Positions 24,913 to 37,900 of a stretch of 64,000 bases of DNA are shown here, in pieces. The DNA comes from Pristiophorus japonicus. Lineage: Eukaryota. How positions within the stretch are numbered: the stretch's first letter is position 1; every line of letters begins with the position of its first letter. The translations under genes and the position numbers were made by a program. The DNA is taken from assembly GCF_044704955.1 (NCBI RefSeq), contig NC_091997.1:86800001-86864000 (forward strand), written 5' to 3'. The notes under the pieces are model-generated. The model was given only the letters and a program-made list of their open reading frames with translations, did not search any database and had not been told where the DNA came from.

Positions 24913-25399
24913 GAGGCTCTCCACATGTAGTGCTGGCTCTGACGAAGTCCCCCAAGTGCAGCCCTCTATATAGTGTGGCTGTGCAGGCTGGAGCCGTGTG
25001 TGACACATCCTGGAGCACAGTGCAGAGATCTCCTGACCAATGCAGGCTGCAGGAACATGTCCCCTCAATGGCCAGTGCTGCAGAGAGCAGTCAGGGCCTG
25101 TTCCGCTCACTCTTCCAGTAACACTTCCCTCATGGTACTTTATTGACAACAGTCCTGTTCCACTTCGGTGCTTTCTACCTTTATTACTTTACATGATGTT
25201 GGCTCCTGCGTCCTAGACCAGTGCCAGCTCTCTTTTACATGCAGAGGCTAGCTATCGCGGGCTTGAGATCCTGGATAGCTTCAGTGACAGGCACAGGATA
25301 ATGGAACAAGCACCAGCCCAGTCTGTTAATGGCTTTTAGCTCCAGGATTAATCTCTATGTCACATCGCTGATGAGCAATAGCGCATCGCACCCTCATAC

Positions 25400-25432
25400 C
25401 TCATTTTAACTTTAGAACCATTACATGAGTTT
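25400..25432 (-). CDS. Candidate 33-nt internal exon of the host gene, NSCNGSKVKM
   Basis: Acceptor TTATCTTTTCTTAAAG and donor AG/GTATGA; only the phase-2 frame is open. Confidence 0.5.
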
Positions 25433-26851
25433 CTTTAAGAAAAGATAAGCAAGCAAGTAAATAGCTAGTATAATCTAGTGATACATTGACGGGAGGAAAT
25501 CTCGTTCCTCGAGCCGACAAAGTAATCAAAGGAACTTTGAGAACTAGTCTTTTGCACATTAACCTTGAAGTTCAGACACAGGGCTCTGTGCGATAGTGTG
25601 AGACGCTGGTCGCCAGTCGGCAGCCCGTTTTACACTGAAGTCAGTGGAAATGAATATCGGGAGAGATGGGAAACGAGCTGTTACACACACGCACTCAAAG
25701 TCACAATCTAAACCGGCCGTGTGCCCCTTGCTGTGTCGCGTTTATCACATGGGGAGGCTGCGAGAATACAAAAGGGTTCTTTTGCAAACTCAAGTCAGTT
25801 TTACTCTTTCAGATGATTCTGGCCTAATTAAGTCTCACTTTCAACCATGCTTCAAGCTGACGAGTTGAACAGACGCCTGCTTGGAAAAGACTTTTTGGGA
25901 CTTCCTGGATAACGGGACAAAAGTGGTCCATTTACACACCCGGCCCTATTGTTCTAAACCAGCACCTTCTCACTCAGCACACGCCACTCCCGAGGTGCTC
26001 TGCTGGGATTGATCATTCCCATGAGCATATTGAATGGTGGTGCAGGCTCGAAGGGCCGAACGGCCTACTCCTGCACTTATTTTCTATGTTTCTGTGTTGT
26101 TGAGGGGGTCACACTTAAATGTCACAATGCACAGCACTCTAAGCAAAGGTGGGGAGGGGGAGGGGGGGGGGGGCTGGTGATTGATTTTCGCCCTTCCAGA
26201 ACAAGCCCAATTTTTATTCCAATGAAATTCAAGGACCCCCATCGGCTTTCCCGATTTCCAAACAGATGGCGAAAGGACGATATCCGCGGTGTGATGCTTC
26301 GGCCCCTTGATGGAGCAGCAGCCGCTGGGGAGCGGCTCCGGAGCTGGAGCCCAAACCCCTTTGCTGCCGTTCGAAGCGTGTTCACCTGCTGCTGCAGAGA
26401 GTTGGGCTGGCGTGCAGTGCCTGCAGGGCTTGGCGACCATGGGGGGCATCACAGTGTGGGTCCGGCATCAACCCAGTGCTCCGGCTCCGCGCCTGGTGTG
26501 TGTGTGTGTGTATGTGTGTACACAGAGTGATCCTCGGCAGTTGCAACACCACCTCACAGTCCCTGCCATCACATATCTGCCGCTCAGCGTCTGAAAGCAG
26601 CCAGTGTAATCACCATTAAAATATTCTACTTAAATATATGTGATGCAATCTCATTACAGACAGGCGTGCCTTGCTGCTTTGGGTGAATATATGTAGATAT
26701 ATATATATATATTTATGTATACATTCTAAGAAATACCCCTGAACTACATCACAGCTTGAAACTCTGGCGATGATAAGAAGGCAACTATTCCGACCCGTTT
26801 ATGTTCATTCCTTAATAGTTTAACATCCATAACAGGCCAACGCACTCTGAC

Positions 26852-26989
26852 CTTGACGAACTAACTAAGCAGGAACAGGCAATGATGTGTACAAGGTTAG
26901 TGGCTACCGCACAAATGATGATAAAATATATCTCCGTGCAGAAACAATAGCTGTACGTCTTGTCTGACATATTGCACCACTTCCAGGCT
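26852..26989 (-). CDS. Candidate 138-nt internal exon of the host gene, encoding a transmembrane segment
   Basis: AWKWCNMSDKTYSYCFCTEIYFIIICAVATNLVHIIACSCLVSSS; bounded by TTCAG/ and AG/GTCAGA; only the phase-2 frame is open. Confidence 0.55.
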
Positions 26990-27339
26990 CTGAATCACAG
27001 AGCAATTTATTTTGAATCTGCATTAAAGTATGGTTTATTGTTACAATAAAGGAGCTGCCAGGAAGAGGGGGGATTTTATCGTGTCCAATCTTCAAGTTGT
27101 TAGATTATCTTCACAGCTCAGAAATCATGGTATTCAAATTCATCCTTATAATAACTGTCATTAAAATAATGAAATCAATCTGAAAGGTATGACAGTAAAA
27201 TCTTGTCATGAAAATTTACAGCTTGTGATCAGCCTGTCAATCACTGTTGATAACTTGGTGCGGGGCGCAGGCTCCAATCACAGGCCGTCCCTTCGAGTCA
27301 CAGCTCTCTGAGACAATGTCCAACAAACCAGGCCTCAGC

Positions 27340-28737
27340 CTGGGGCCTGGTACTGAAGCAGGGGAGGCCTGGTACGGGAGCAGGAGGGGGCCGGGTACTG
27401 GAGCAGGGGGGCCTGGTATTGGAGCAGAAGGGGCCTGGTACGGGAGCAGGGGGAGCCTGGTACTGGTGCAGGAGGGGGCCTGGTATTGGAGCAGGGGGGG
27501 GGTCTGGTACTGGAGCAGGGGGGGCCTGGTACCGGAGCAGGGGGAGCCTGGTATTGGAGCAGGGGAGGGGTCTGGTATTGGAGCAGGGGGGGCCTGGTAT
27601 TGGAACAGGGGGGGCCTGGTATTGGAGCAGGGGGGGCCCGTACGGGAGCAGGGGGAGCCTGGTATTGGAGCAGGGGAGGGGTCTGGTACCGGAGCAGGGG
27701 GGGCCTGGTATTGGAGCAGGGGGGGCCTGGTACGGGAGCAGGGGGAGCCTGGTATTGGAGCAGGGGGGGCCTGGTACTGGAGCAGGGGGGGCCTGGTATT
27801 GGAGCAGGGGGGGCCTGGTATTGGAGCAGGGGGGGCCCATACGGGAGCATGGGGAGCCTGGTATTGGAGCAGGGGATGGGTCTGGTACGGGAGTAGGGAG
27901 GGCCTGGTATTGGAGCAGGGGGGACCTGGTACGGGAACAGGGGAAGCCTGGTATTGGAGCGGGGGGGCCTGGTACTGGAACAGGGGGGGGCTGGTATTGG
28001 AGCAGGGGGGGCCTGGTATTGGAGCAGGGGAGGGGTCTGGTACTGGAGCAGGGGGTGGGGGCTGGTACTGGAGCAGGGGGAGGGCTGGTACTGGAGCAGG
28101 GGGGGCCTGGTATTGGAGCAGTGGGGGCCTGGTACGGGAGCAGGGGGAGCCTGGTATTGGAGCAGGGGGGGGCCGGTACGGGAGCAGGGGGAGCCTGGTA
28201 TTGGAGCAGGGGGGGCTCGTACGGGAGCAGGGGGAGCCTGGTATTGGAGCAGGGGAGGGGTCTGGTACGGGAGCAGGGGGGGCCTGGTATTGGAGCAGGG
28301 GGGGCCTGGTACGGGAGCAGGGGGAGCCTGGTATTGGAGCAGTGGGTGCCTGGTACTGGAGCAGGGGGGGCCTGGTATTGGAGCAGGGGGGGCCTGGTAT
28401 TGGAGCAGGGGAGGGGTCTGGTACTGGAGCAGGGGGGGGGCTGGTACTGGAGCAGGGGGGGGGGCTGGTACTGGAGCAGGGGGGGCCTGGTATTGGAGCA
28501 GGGGGGGCCTGGTACGGGAGCAGGGGGAGCCTGGTATTGGAGCAGGGGAGGGGTCTGGTACTGGAGCGGGGGGTGGGGGGGGGGGCTGGTACTGGAGCAG
28601 GGGAGTGGGGGGGCTGGTACTGGAGCAGGGGAGGGGGGGTGGCGGGCTGGTACTGGAGCAGTGGGAGCCTGGTATTGGAGCAGGGGAGGGGTCTGGTACT
28701 GGAGCAGGGGGGGTGCGGGCTGGTACTGGAGCAGGGG
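27340..28737. repeat. G-rich minisatellite, ~22 bp unit GGGGCCTGGTA(T/C)TGGAGCAGG
   Basis: Direct tandem array that is stop-free in several frames. Confidence 0.95.
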
Positions 28738-28952
28738 GAAAGAGGAAGAGGTACGGAGGGTGTGGTTGGGGAAAACGAGAGGGGAGGAAAGGGGGGCAAA
28801 GAGGGCATGAGGATAACAGGCATCACAGCAAACTCCCAAAGTCCCTCCCCACAAATCAACAGCAGGCCCTCACAAGGCTATTTGCTTCGGGTTTTGTTTT
28901 GGTCAGTCTCTGCAGCTTTCATCCCACACCGATGCAGGGTGTGTAAAAACTA

Positions 28953-29545
28953 TCCGGTCGCCTGTCACTTTAATTCCCCGCTCCACTCCCACTCTGACCT
29001 CTATGTCCTTGGCCTCCTACACTGTTCCAATGAAGCTCAACGCAAGCTCGAGGAACAGCACCTCATCTTTCGATTGGTCACTTTACAGCTTTCTGGACTC
29101 AACATCGAGTTCAACAATTTCAGACCAGAACCTCTGCCCATATACTTTTTATACCCTTTCCTCTTTGCTTTACAACCTCCCTTGTTTCCTCTTTCCCAGA
29201 GCAGCTGGTGATCATTCCACCATTCACACTCTATCTAGACTCATCTTTTGTTTCTTAACTTGTCCCATTACCATCTCATTTCGGCCCATCATCCCTTTTG
29301 TCTCTCTAATCTCTCCTGCTTTCCATCCTATCACCGACCTTCCCTTTTGTTCTTTCCTCCCCTCCCCTTTTCCTTGCCCCTGCGCTTGCTTAAGAATTTG
29401 TTACATCGCAAACATTCGCCAGTTCTGACGAAGGGTCACAGAGGCGAAACGTTAACTTTCTCTCCACAGATGCTGCCATTGAGATTTCCAGCATTTTCTG
29501 TTTTTATTTCAGATTCCAGCATCCACAGTATTTTGCTTTAGTGTT
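28953..29545 (+). mobile_element. Penelope-like element 3' end
   Basis: PVACHFN..HS.SDL.VLGL..RKLEEQHLIFRL.TL...GLN is a GIY-YIG C-terminus; pyrimidine-rich UTR; 14-bp TSD GTGTGTAAAAACTA (28939-28952 and 29546-29559). Confidence 0.85.
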
Positions 29546-29724
29546 GTGTGTAAAAACTACTTGTAATGTCTCAGTCAAAACATCTCAAACAGCCCATGGG
29601 CAGCAGCTGGATTTATCTGGCCAAGCAAAGTTTGCCCTTTGACCTTTAACCCTGCCGTTTTGGCACCAGTGCCGTGGTGTCAGTTTCACTATGCTTGTGC
29701 CGAAAGTGCAGAGTGCCAATGTTG

Positions 29725-31330
29725 CACAGTATTTACAGCACTCAGACAGGCCGTTTGGCCAATAGGTCCGTGCCAGAGTTTATGCTCCACTTGAGCCTCC
29801 TCCCACTCCTCTTCATTTCAGCCCATCAACATAACCCTCGATTCCTTTCTCCCTCTGCCGCTTATCCAGCTTCCTCTTAACTGCATCTCTGCTGTTCACC
29901 TCAACCACCTCCTGTGGTAACGAATTCCACATTTTCGCCACTCTCTGGGTAAAGAAGTTTCTCTTGAATTCCCTATTGGATTTATTAGTGACTGTCTTAT
30001 ATTGATGGCCCCTAATTCTGGTCTCGCCGCAGGTGGAAGCATCTCTACATCTGTCCTATCAAACCCTTTCATAATCTTAACGATCTCTATCAGATCACCC
30101 CTCAAGTCTTCCCTTTTGTAGAGAAAAGAGACCCAGCCTGTTCAATCTTCCCTGATAGGTATAATCTCTCAGTTCTGACATCATTCCAGTCAATCTATTT
30201 TGTAGCCTCTCCAGTGCCTCGATATCCTTTCTTTAATATAGACACCAGAACTGTTCACAGTGCTCCAAGTGTGGTCTAACCAAACTATACAAGTTTAACG
30301 TAATGTCTCTGCTTTTCAATTCTATCCCTCTAGAAATAAACCCTAGTACTTGGTTTGCTTTTTTAAATCCTTATTAAACTACATTACTACTTCTAGTGAT
30401 TGGTGATTCTCTACTCCCAGATCGCTCTGTTCCTCCGCCTCATTTGACACTTATTTCCCAAGAAGTATGTGGCCTCTTTATTTCATCGACTAAAGTATAC
30501 CACCTCACACTTATCGGAATTGAAATCAAAACGGGAAATGCTGGAAATTCCAGCATCCGCAGTATTTTGCCATTGTGCTATCTATATTGAAGTTCATTTG
30601 CCAATTTGTCGCTCTCTGTGAACATAATAAGAATTAGGAACAGGAGTAGGCCATCTAGCCCCTCGAGCCTGCTCCGCCATTCAACAAGATCATGGCTGAT
30701 CTGGTCGTGGACTCAGCTCCACTTACCTGCCCGCTGCCCATAACCCTTAATTCCCTAATTGGTTAAAAATCTATCTATTTGTGACTTGAATACATTCAAT
30801 GAGCTAGCCTCAACTGCTTCCTTGGGCAGAGAATTCCACAGATTCACAACCCTCTGGGAGAAGAAATTCCTTCTCAACTCGGTTTTAAATTGGCTCCCCT
30901 GTATTTTGAGGCTGTGCCCCCTAGTTCTAGTCTCCCCGACCAGTGGAAACAACCTCTCTGTCTCTATCTTGTCGATCCCTTTCATTATTTTAAATGTTTC
31001 TATAAGATAATTTCTTAATGTCTCTATTGTATTTTGGCACAGTCCTCCTCTGCATTCACTGCACTCCCTGATTTGGTGTCATCTGCAAATTTTGAAATTG
31101 CACTTATAATTCCCGAGTGCAAATTGTGTATTTAAATGGTGAATAACAGTTGTCCCAGCACTGATCCTTATGGCATACCACTTCCTACCTCCCGCCAGTC
31201 TGAGTAAATATCTTTAACCCAATCCCTGTTTTCCATTTTGAAGCCAGCTTGCTATCCATTCTGCTACATCCCCTGGCTCCACATGTTCTGACATTATTCA
31301 TGAATCGACTACCTTATCAAAGGCTTTTTG
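29725..31330 (-). mobile_element. Old CR1 LINE fragments with a younger CR1 3' end nested at 30621-31007
   Basis: RGDLIE, FPLVGETRTRGH..VVNLWNSLP and FADD-region matches. Confidence 0.75.
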
Positions 31331-31599
31331 GACAGCCTGTGTCAGGACAAATGAGGTGATCTTTGACAGCTCTTGCACTGTGTTATTTGAATACCAGCCG
31401 TGCCGACTCTGCTAAACGCACCTCTGGAAACATTGGGAGAGATTTTCAACGCGCTGCCCAGGCCTAAAGCTGGCAAGTGGATCAGCCTGTTGTCAGCGGA
31501 AATGGAAACCAGGAGGTTTCATAACAGGTGGCTGATCCGGAACTCCATTTGCACACCCAGGCGTCAGGCTGGCAATCTGCCACCTTTGTTAACAGAAAG

Positions 31600-32385
31600 C
31601 TGTGTCAGTTTGATTCTCTCGCCTCTGCATCAGAATGCTGTGACTTCAAGACCCACTCCAGAGACTTGAGCACTCAATCCAGGCTGACACTCCAGTGTTG
31701 TCCTGAGGAGCGCTGCACTGTCAGAGAGGCAGTACTGGGAGAGTGCTGTACTGTCGGAGGGGCAGTACTGAGGGAGCGCCGCACTGTCAGAGAGGCAGTA
31801 CTGAGGGAGCGCTGTACTGTCGGAGGGGCAGTACTGAGGGAGCGCCGCACTGTCGGGGGGACAGTACTGAGAGAGCACTGGCTGCACTGTCGGAGGGCAG
31901 TACTGAGGGAGCGCTGCACTGTCGGAGGGGCAGTACTGAGAGAGCACAGGCTGCACTGTCGGAGGGGCAGTACTGAGGGAGCGCTGCACTGTCGGAGGGC
32001 AGTACTGAGGGAGCGCTGCACTGTCACAGGAGCAGTACTGAGAAAGTGCTGCACTGTCGAAGGTGCCATCTTTCAGATGAGACGTTAAACCTAGGCCACG
32101 TCTGCTCTCTCAGCCAGATGTAAAAGATCCCATGGCACTATTTCAAAGAATTGCAGGGGACTTATCCCCGGTGTCCTGGGCCAATATTTATTCCTCAATC
32201 AACATAACAAAAACAGTTTATCTGGTTATTATCACATTGCTGTCTGTGGGAGCTTGCTGTGTGCAAATTGGCTGCCGCGTTTGCTATATTACAGTCCTGA
32301 CTACACTCCAAAATGTACTTCATTGGCTTTAAAGCTGTGGGCTGTGCGGTGTCCGTGAAAGGCGCTATATAAAGTGTTTCTTTTT
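31600..32385 (+). mobile_element. DeuSINE-like SINE with an internal ~34-bp tandem expansion (31700-32060)
   Basis: Head, body and tail match 591-1055; expanded unit GCAGTACTGAGGGAGCGCTGCACTGTCGGAGGG. Confidence 0.85.
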
Positions 32386-33397
32386 GAAATGTCCACCCAT
32401 TGATCGTAGACTGAGCAGTGATTGGAGTTTAAAGGACTGGCTGATAGCTGCATAGTTCACATTGCTGTGATGTAGAGGGTGCTTGGAGCGAGTGGGTCCC
32501 ACCTGAGAGCCGTCTATTGTTTGCTCAAACTGCTGCTTTAACTATTTGGCAGCACCAGCAAACTTTCCATCTCACTGATTGTCTTTGCAATGAAGAGGAG
32601 GTCCTGCACAGTGCTGAAGGCGGAGGATTAATCACTGGTGCTGCTACACTGCACTTTAGCTATGGGCAAATGTTCGAAAGGACATAGTGAGTTAAAGCCT
32701 TCCAGTCTCCCAGCTCTGAAATAATTACAAGGTTGATTCATAAGAAATGACAGGATGTGGTTTTTTAAACAGAGATTTGAACTGGAGTCTTCACTCAATA
32801 TTTATCACTGCGCCTCTGTTAGTGACATGTTTAATAAAAGACTCTCTATTGTACATATTATTAATATTCTGAGTACATGAATTATTATCTCCCAGCGCAA
32901 GTGAATGTTGGGTTCCCAGCCCCGTACTGCCCCTGCTAGCTATTTAATATTCTCATCCTTCAGTTAAACGTAGTGATGGGTTCGACTTCAGTCGTGGTAC
33001 CGGCGATCTCTGAATACAGTGGTGGAGCTTGTTGGGTTTTGTCCAGGGCCCGGTGTCGTTGGTTCATAATGTGCCACGCTGAAGGATTTGCAGCCCTGGC
33101 ATCATTATTGCCAGCTGTAGTCTGCAGTGAGACGCTGCTGATTCTGCAGCCAGCGTGTGTCTGACCATTGCACCCATCTCGCCGCAGGTCAATCGCCTCC
33201 CCTGGCCCAGTTCCCTTCACCGCAGCGATTTCCCCCCCCCTCGCGCCCCCCCCCCCGATTATATCCCTCCCAGATGTGGTTATTTCCACAGCAGCCAGTG
33301 ATACCCAGTGACACTGTCAGGAGACACACTCGTGGGACCGACTCTGTGTCCTGATGGTGGGGAGAACAGCACTGGAATTCTGAGACTGGACTCCAAA

Positions 33398-34315
33398 AAC
33401 ATAGAACCATAGAAACATAGAAAGTAGGTGCAGGAGTAGGCCATTCGGCCCTTCGAGCCTGCACCACCATTCGATAAGACCATGGCTGATCATACAACTT
33501 CAGTACCCCCTTCCTGCTTTCTCTCCATACCCCTTAATGCCTTTGGCCATAAGGGCCATATCTAACTCCCTTTTGAATATATCTAACGAACTGGTCTCAA
33601 CAACTTTCTGTGTTAGAGAATTCCACAGGTTCGCAATTATCTGAGTGAAGAGGTTTCTCCTCATCTCAGTCCTAAATGGCTTACCCCTTATCCTTAGACT
33701 GTGACCCCTGGTTCTGGACTTCCCCAACATCGGGAACATTCTTCCTGCATCTAACCTGTCCAATACCGTCAGAATTTTATATGTTTCTATGAGATCCCCT
33801 CTCATTTTTCTAAATTCCAGTGAATATAAGCCTAGTCGATCCAGTCTTTCTTCATATGTCAGTCCTGCCATCCCGGGAATCAGTCTGGTGAACCTTCGCT
33901 GCACTCCCTCAATAGCAAGATTGTCCTTCCTCAGATTAAGAGACCAAAACTGGACACAATACTCAAGGTGTGGCCTCACCAAGGCCCTGTACAACTGCAG
34001 TAAGACCTCCCTGCTCCTACACTGAAATCCTCTCGCTATGAAGGCCAACATGCCATTTGTCTTCTTCACCGCCTGCAGTACCTGCATGCCAACTTTCAAT
34101 GACTGATGTACATGACACCCAGGTCTCATTGCACCTCCCCTTTTCCTAATCTGTCACCATTCAGATAATAATCTGCCTTCCTGTTTTTGCCACCAAAGTG
34201 GATAACCTCACATTTATCCACAAATTTACTGCATCTGCCATGCACTTGCCCACTCACCTAACTTGTCTAAGTCACCCTGCAGCCTCTTAGCTAACACTGC
34301 CACCCAGCTTCGTGT
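33398..34315 (-). mobile_element. CR1 LINE 3' portion
   Basis: ORF 33500-34129 is a CR1 ORF2 C-terminus followed by the tail. Confidence 0.9.
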
Positions 34316-34359
34316 CTGCTCATTATTGCCCATATCATCTTAAAACTAGTTGGCATTAC

Positions 34360-34748
34360 ATAGGAACACAGAAGCGGGAGGAGGCCATTCAATCACTCGA
34401 GCCTGCTCCGACATTCAATCAGATCACGGCTTATCTGCACCTTTGATCGGTATCTATTTATAACCTTACCCAACAAAAAACGACCAATCTCAGTCTTAAA
34501 AGCTCATATTATACCAGCATGCACAACCTTTCGGAAGAGAGAGTTCCAGATTTCCACTACCCTTGTGTGAACAGTGCTTCCTAAATTCAACCCTGAACGG
34601 CCGAGCTCTCATTTATGATCCTGCCATCTAGTTCTGAGGATAGTCTCTGTATCTACCCCGGCAAATCCTTCAATCATCTTAAACACCTCAATTAAATGAT
34701 CCCTCAATCTTCTAAACGCAAAGAATATAAACCAAGTTTATGCAACTG
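34360..34748 (-). mobile_element. Old CR1 3' fragment
   Basis: Degenerate CR1 tail and WNSLP-region match. Confidence 0.6.
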
Positions 34749-34952
34749 TGTTAAGAGGCAGGGTAAAAAGAAAAAAGGACTTGCATTTATATAGCGCCTT
34801 TCATGACCCCAGACGTCTCTAGCACTTTACAGCCAATGAAGTACTTTTGGAGTGCAGTCACTGTTGTAATGTGGGAAACACAGCAGCCAATTCGCGCACA
34901 GCAAGCTCCCACAAACAGCAATGTGATAATGACCAGATAATCTGTTTTTGTT

Positions 34953-37900
34953 AGAAAGGAGATGAGGAAAAGTGGAGGGCAGAGAAACCCAAGGCAAAGA
35001 ACAAAAAGGGCCACTGTACAGCAAAATTCTAAAAGGACAAAGGGTGTTAAAAAAACAAGCCTGAAGGCTTTGTGTCTTAATGCAAGGAGTATCCGCAATA
35101 AGGTGGATGAATTAATTGTGCAAATAGATGTTAACAAATATGATGTGATTGGGATTACGGAGACGTGGCTCCAGGATGATCAGGGCTGGGAACTCAACAT
35201 CCAGGGGTATTCAACATTCAGAAAGGATAGAATAAAAGGAAAAGGAGGTGGGGTAGCATTATTGGTTAAAGAGGAGATTAATGCAATAGTTAGGAAAGAC
35301 ATTAGCTTGGATGATGTGGAATCTATATGGGTGGAGCTGCAGAACACTAAAGGGCAAAAATCGTTAGTGGGAGTTGTGTACAGACCTCCAAACAGTAGTA
35401 GTGATGTTGGGGAGGGCATCAAACAGGAAATTAGGAGTGCATGCAATAAAGGTGCAGCAGTTATAATGGGTGACTTTAATATGCACATAGATTGGGCTAG
35501 CCAAACTGGAAGCAATACGGTGGAGGAGGATTTCCTGGAATGCATAAGGGATGGTTTTCTAGACCAATATGTCGAGGAACCAACTAGGGGGGAGGCCATC
35601 TTAGACTGGGTGTTGTGTAATGAGAGAGGATTAATTAGCAATCTCATTGTGCGAGGCCCCTTGGGGAAGAGTGACCATAATATGGTGGAATTCTGCATTA
35701 GGATGGAGAATGAAACAGTTAATTCAGAGACCATGGTCCAGAACTTAAAGAAGGGTAACTTTGAAGGTATGAGGCATGAATTGGCTAAGATAGATTGGCT
35801 AATGATACTTAAGGGGTTGACTGTGGATGGGCAATGGCAGACATTTAGAGAACGCATGGATGAATTACAACAATTGTACATTCCTGTCTGGCGTAAAAAT
35901 AAAAAAGGGAAGGTGGCTCAACCGTGGCTATCTAGGGAAATCAGGGATAGTATTAAAGCCAAGGAAGTGGCATACAAATTGGCCAGAAATAGCAGCGAAC
36001 CTGAGGACTGGGAGAAATTTAGAACTCAGCAGAGGAGGACAAAGGGTTTGATTAGGGCAGGGAAAATGGAGTACGAGAAGAAGCTTGCAGGGAACATTAA
36101 GGCGGATTGCAAAAGTTTCTATAGGTATGTAAAGAGAAAGAGGTTAGTAAAAACAAACGTAGGTCCCCTGCAGTCAGAATCAGGGGAAGTCATAACGGGG
36201 AACAAAGAAATGGCAGACCAATTGAACAAGTACTTTGGTTCAGTATTCACTAAGGAGGACACAAACAACCTTCCGGATATAAAAGTGGTCAGAGGGTCTA
36301 TTAAAGAGGAGGAACTGAGGGAAATCTTTATTAGTCGGGAAATTGTGTTGGGGAAATTGATGGGATTGAAGGCCGATAAATCCCCAGGGCCTGATGGACT
36401 GCATCCCAGAGTACTTAAGGAGGTGGCCTTGGAAATAGCGGATGCATTGACAGTCATTTTCCAACATTCCATTGACTCTGGATCAGTTCCTATCGAGTGG
36501 AGGGTAGCCAATGTAACCCCACTTTTTAAAAAAGGAGGGAGAGAGAAAGCAGGGAATTATAGACCGGTCAGCCTAACCTCAGTAGTGGGTAAAATGATGG
36601 AATCAATTATTAAGGATGTCATAGCAGCGCATTTGGAAAATGGTGACATGATAGGTCCAAGTCAGCATGGATTTGTAAAAGGGAGATCATGCTTGACAAA
36701 TCTTCTGGAATTTTTTGAGGATGTTTCCAATAAAGTGGACAAAGGAGTACCAGTTGATGTGGTATATTTGGACTTTCAGAAGGCTTTCGACAAGGTCCCA
36801 CACAGGAGATTAATGTGCAAAGTTAAAGCACATGGGATTGGGGGTAGTGTGCTGACGTGGATTGAGAACTGGTTGTCAGACAGGAAGCAAAGAGTAGGAG
36901 TAAATGGGTACTTTTCGGAATGGCAGGCAGTGACTAGTGGGGTACCGCAGGGTTCTGTGCTGGGGCCCCAGCTGTTTACATTATACATTAATGATTTAGA
37001 CGAAGGGATTAAATGTAGTATCTCCAAATTTGCGGATGACACTAAGTTGGGTGGCAGTGTGAGCTGCGAGGAGGATGCTATGAGGCTACAGAGTGACTTG
37101 GATAGGTTAGGTGAGTGGGCAAATGCGTGGCAGATGAAGTATAATGTGGATAAATGTGAGGTTATCCACTTTGGTGGTAAAAACAGAGAGACAGACTATT
37201 ATCTGAATGGTGACAGATTAGGAAAAGGGAAGGTGCAACGAGACCTGGGTGTCATGGTACATCAGTCATTGAAGGTTGGCATGCAGGTACAGCAGGCGGT
37301 TAAGAAAGCAAATGGCATGTTGGCCTTCATAGCGAGGGGATTTGAGTACAGGGGCAGGGAGGTGTTGCTACAGTTGTACAGGGCCTTGGTGAGGCCACAC
37401 CTGGAGTATTGTGTACAGTTTTGGTCTCCTAACTTGAGGAAGGACATACTTGCTGTTGAGGGAGTGCAGCGAAGATTCACCAGACTGATTCCCGGGATGG
37501 TGGGACTGACCTATCAAGAAAGACTGAATCAACTGGGCTTGTATTCACTGGAGTTCAGAAGAGTGAGAGGGGACCTCATAGAAACGTTTAAAATTCTGAC
37601 GGGTTTGGACAGGTTGGATGCAGGAAGAATGTTCCCAATGTTGGGGAAGTCCAGAACCAGGGGTCACAGTCTAAGGATAAGGGGTAAGCCTTTTAGGACC
37701 GAGATAAGGAGAAACTTCTTCACCCAGAGAGTGGTGAACCTGTGGAATTCTCTACCACAGGAAGTAGTTGAGGCCAATTCACTAAATATATTCAAAAGGG
37801 AGTTAGATGAAGTCCTTAGTACTCGGGGGATCAAGGGGTATGGCGTGAAAGCAGGAAGTGGGTACTGAAGTTTCATGTTCAGCCATGAACTCGTTGAATG

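Noticed and set aside
27247-29211. 654-aa Gly-rich ORF resembling collagen, silk or egg-case protein
   Set aside because: It is a 22-bp minisatellite read through rotating frames (GPGIGAGG / AWYWSRGG / LVLEQG), open on both strands, and it runs by chance into a Penelope fragment.
30538-30570. Small palindrome ATGCTGGAAATTCCAGCAT
   Set aside because: Matches the Penelope 3' terminal sequence at 29480-29540 in tail-to-tail form; a tiny remnant, not an independent RNA gene.
32960-33289. Minus-strand ORF ending in a PPxY-like motif (APPLYSEI)
   Set aside because: No convincing start or phase link to the downstream exons; a different frame of the same bases fits the exon chain better, and neither is established.
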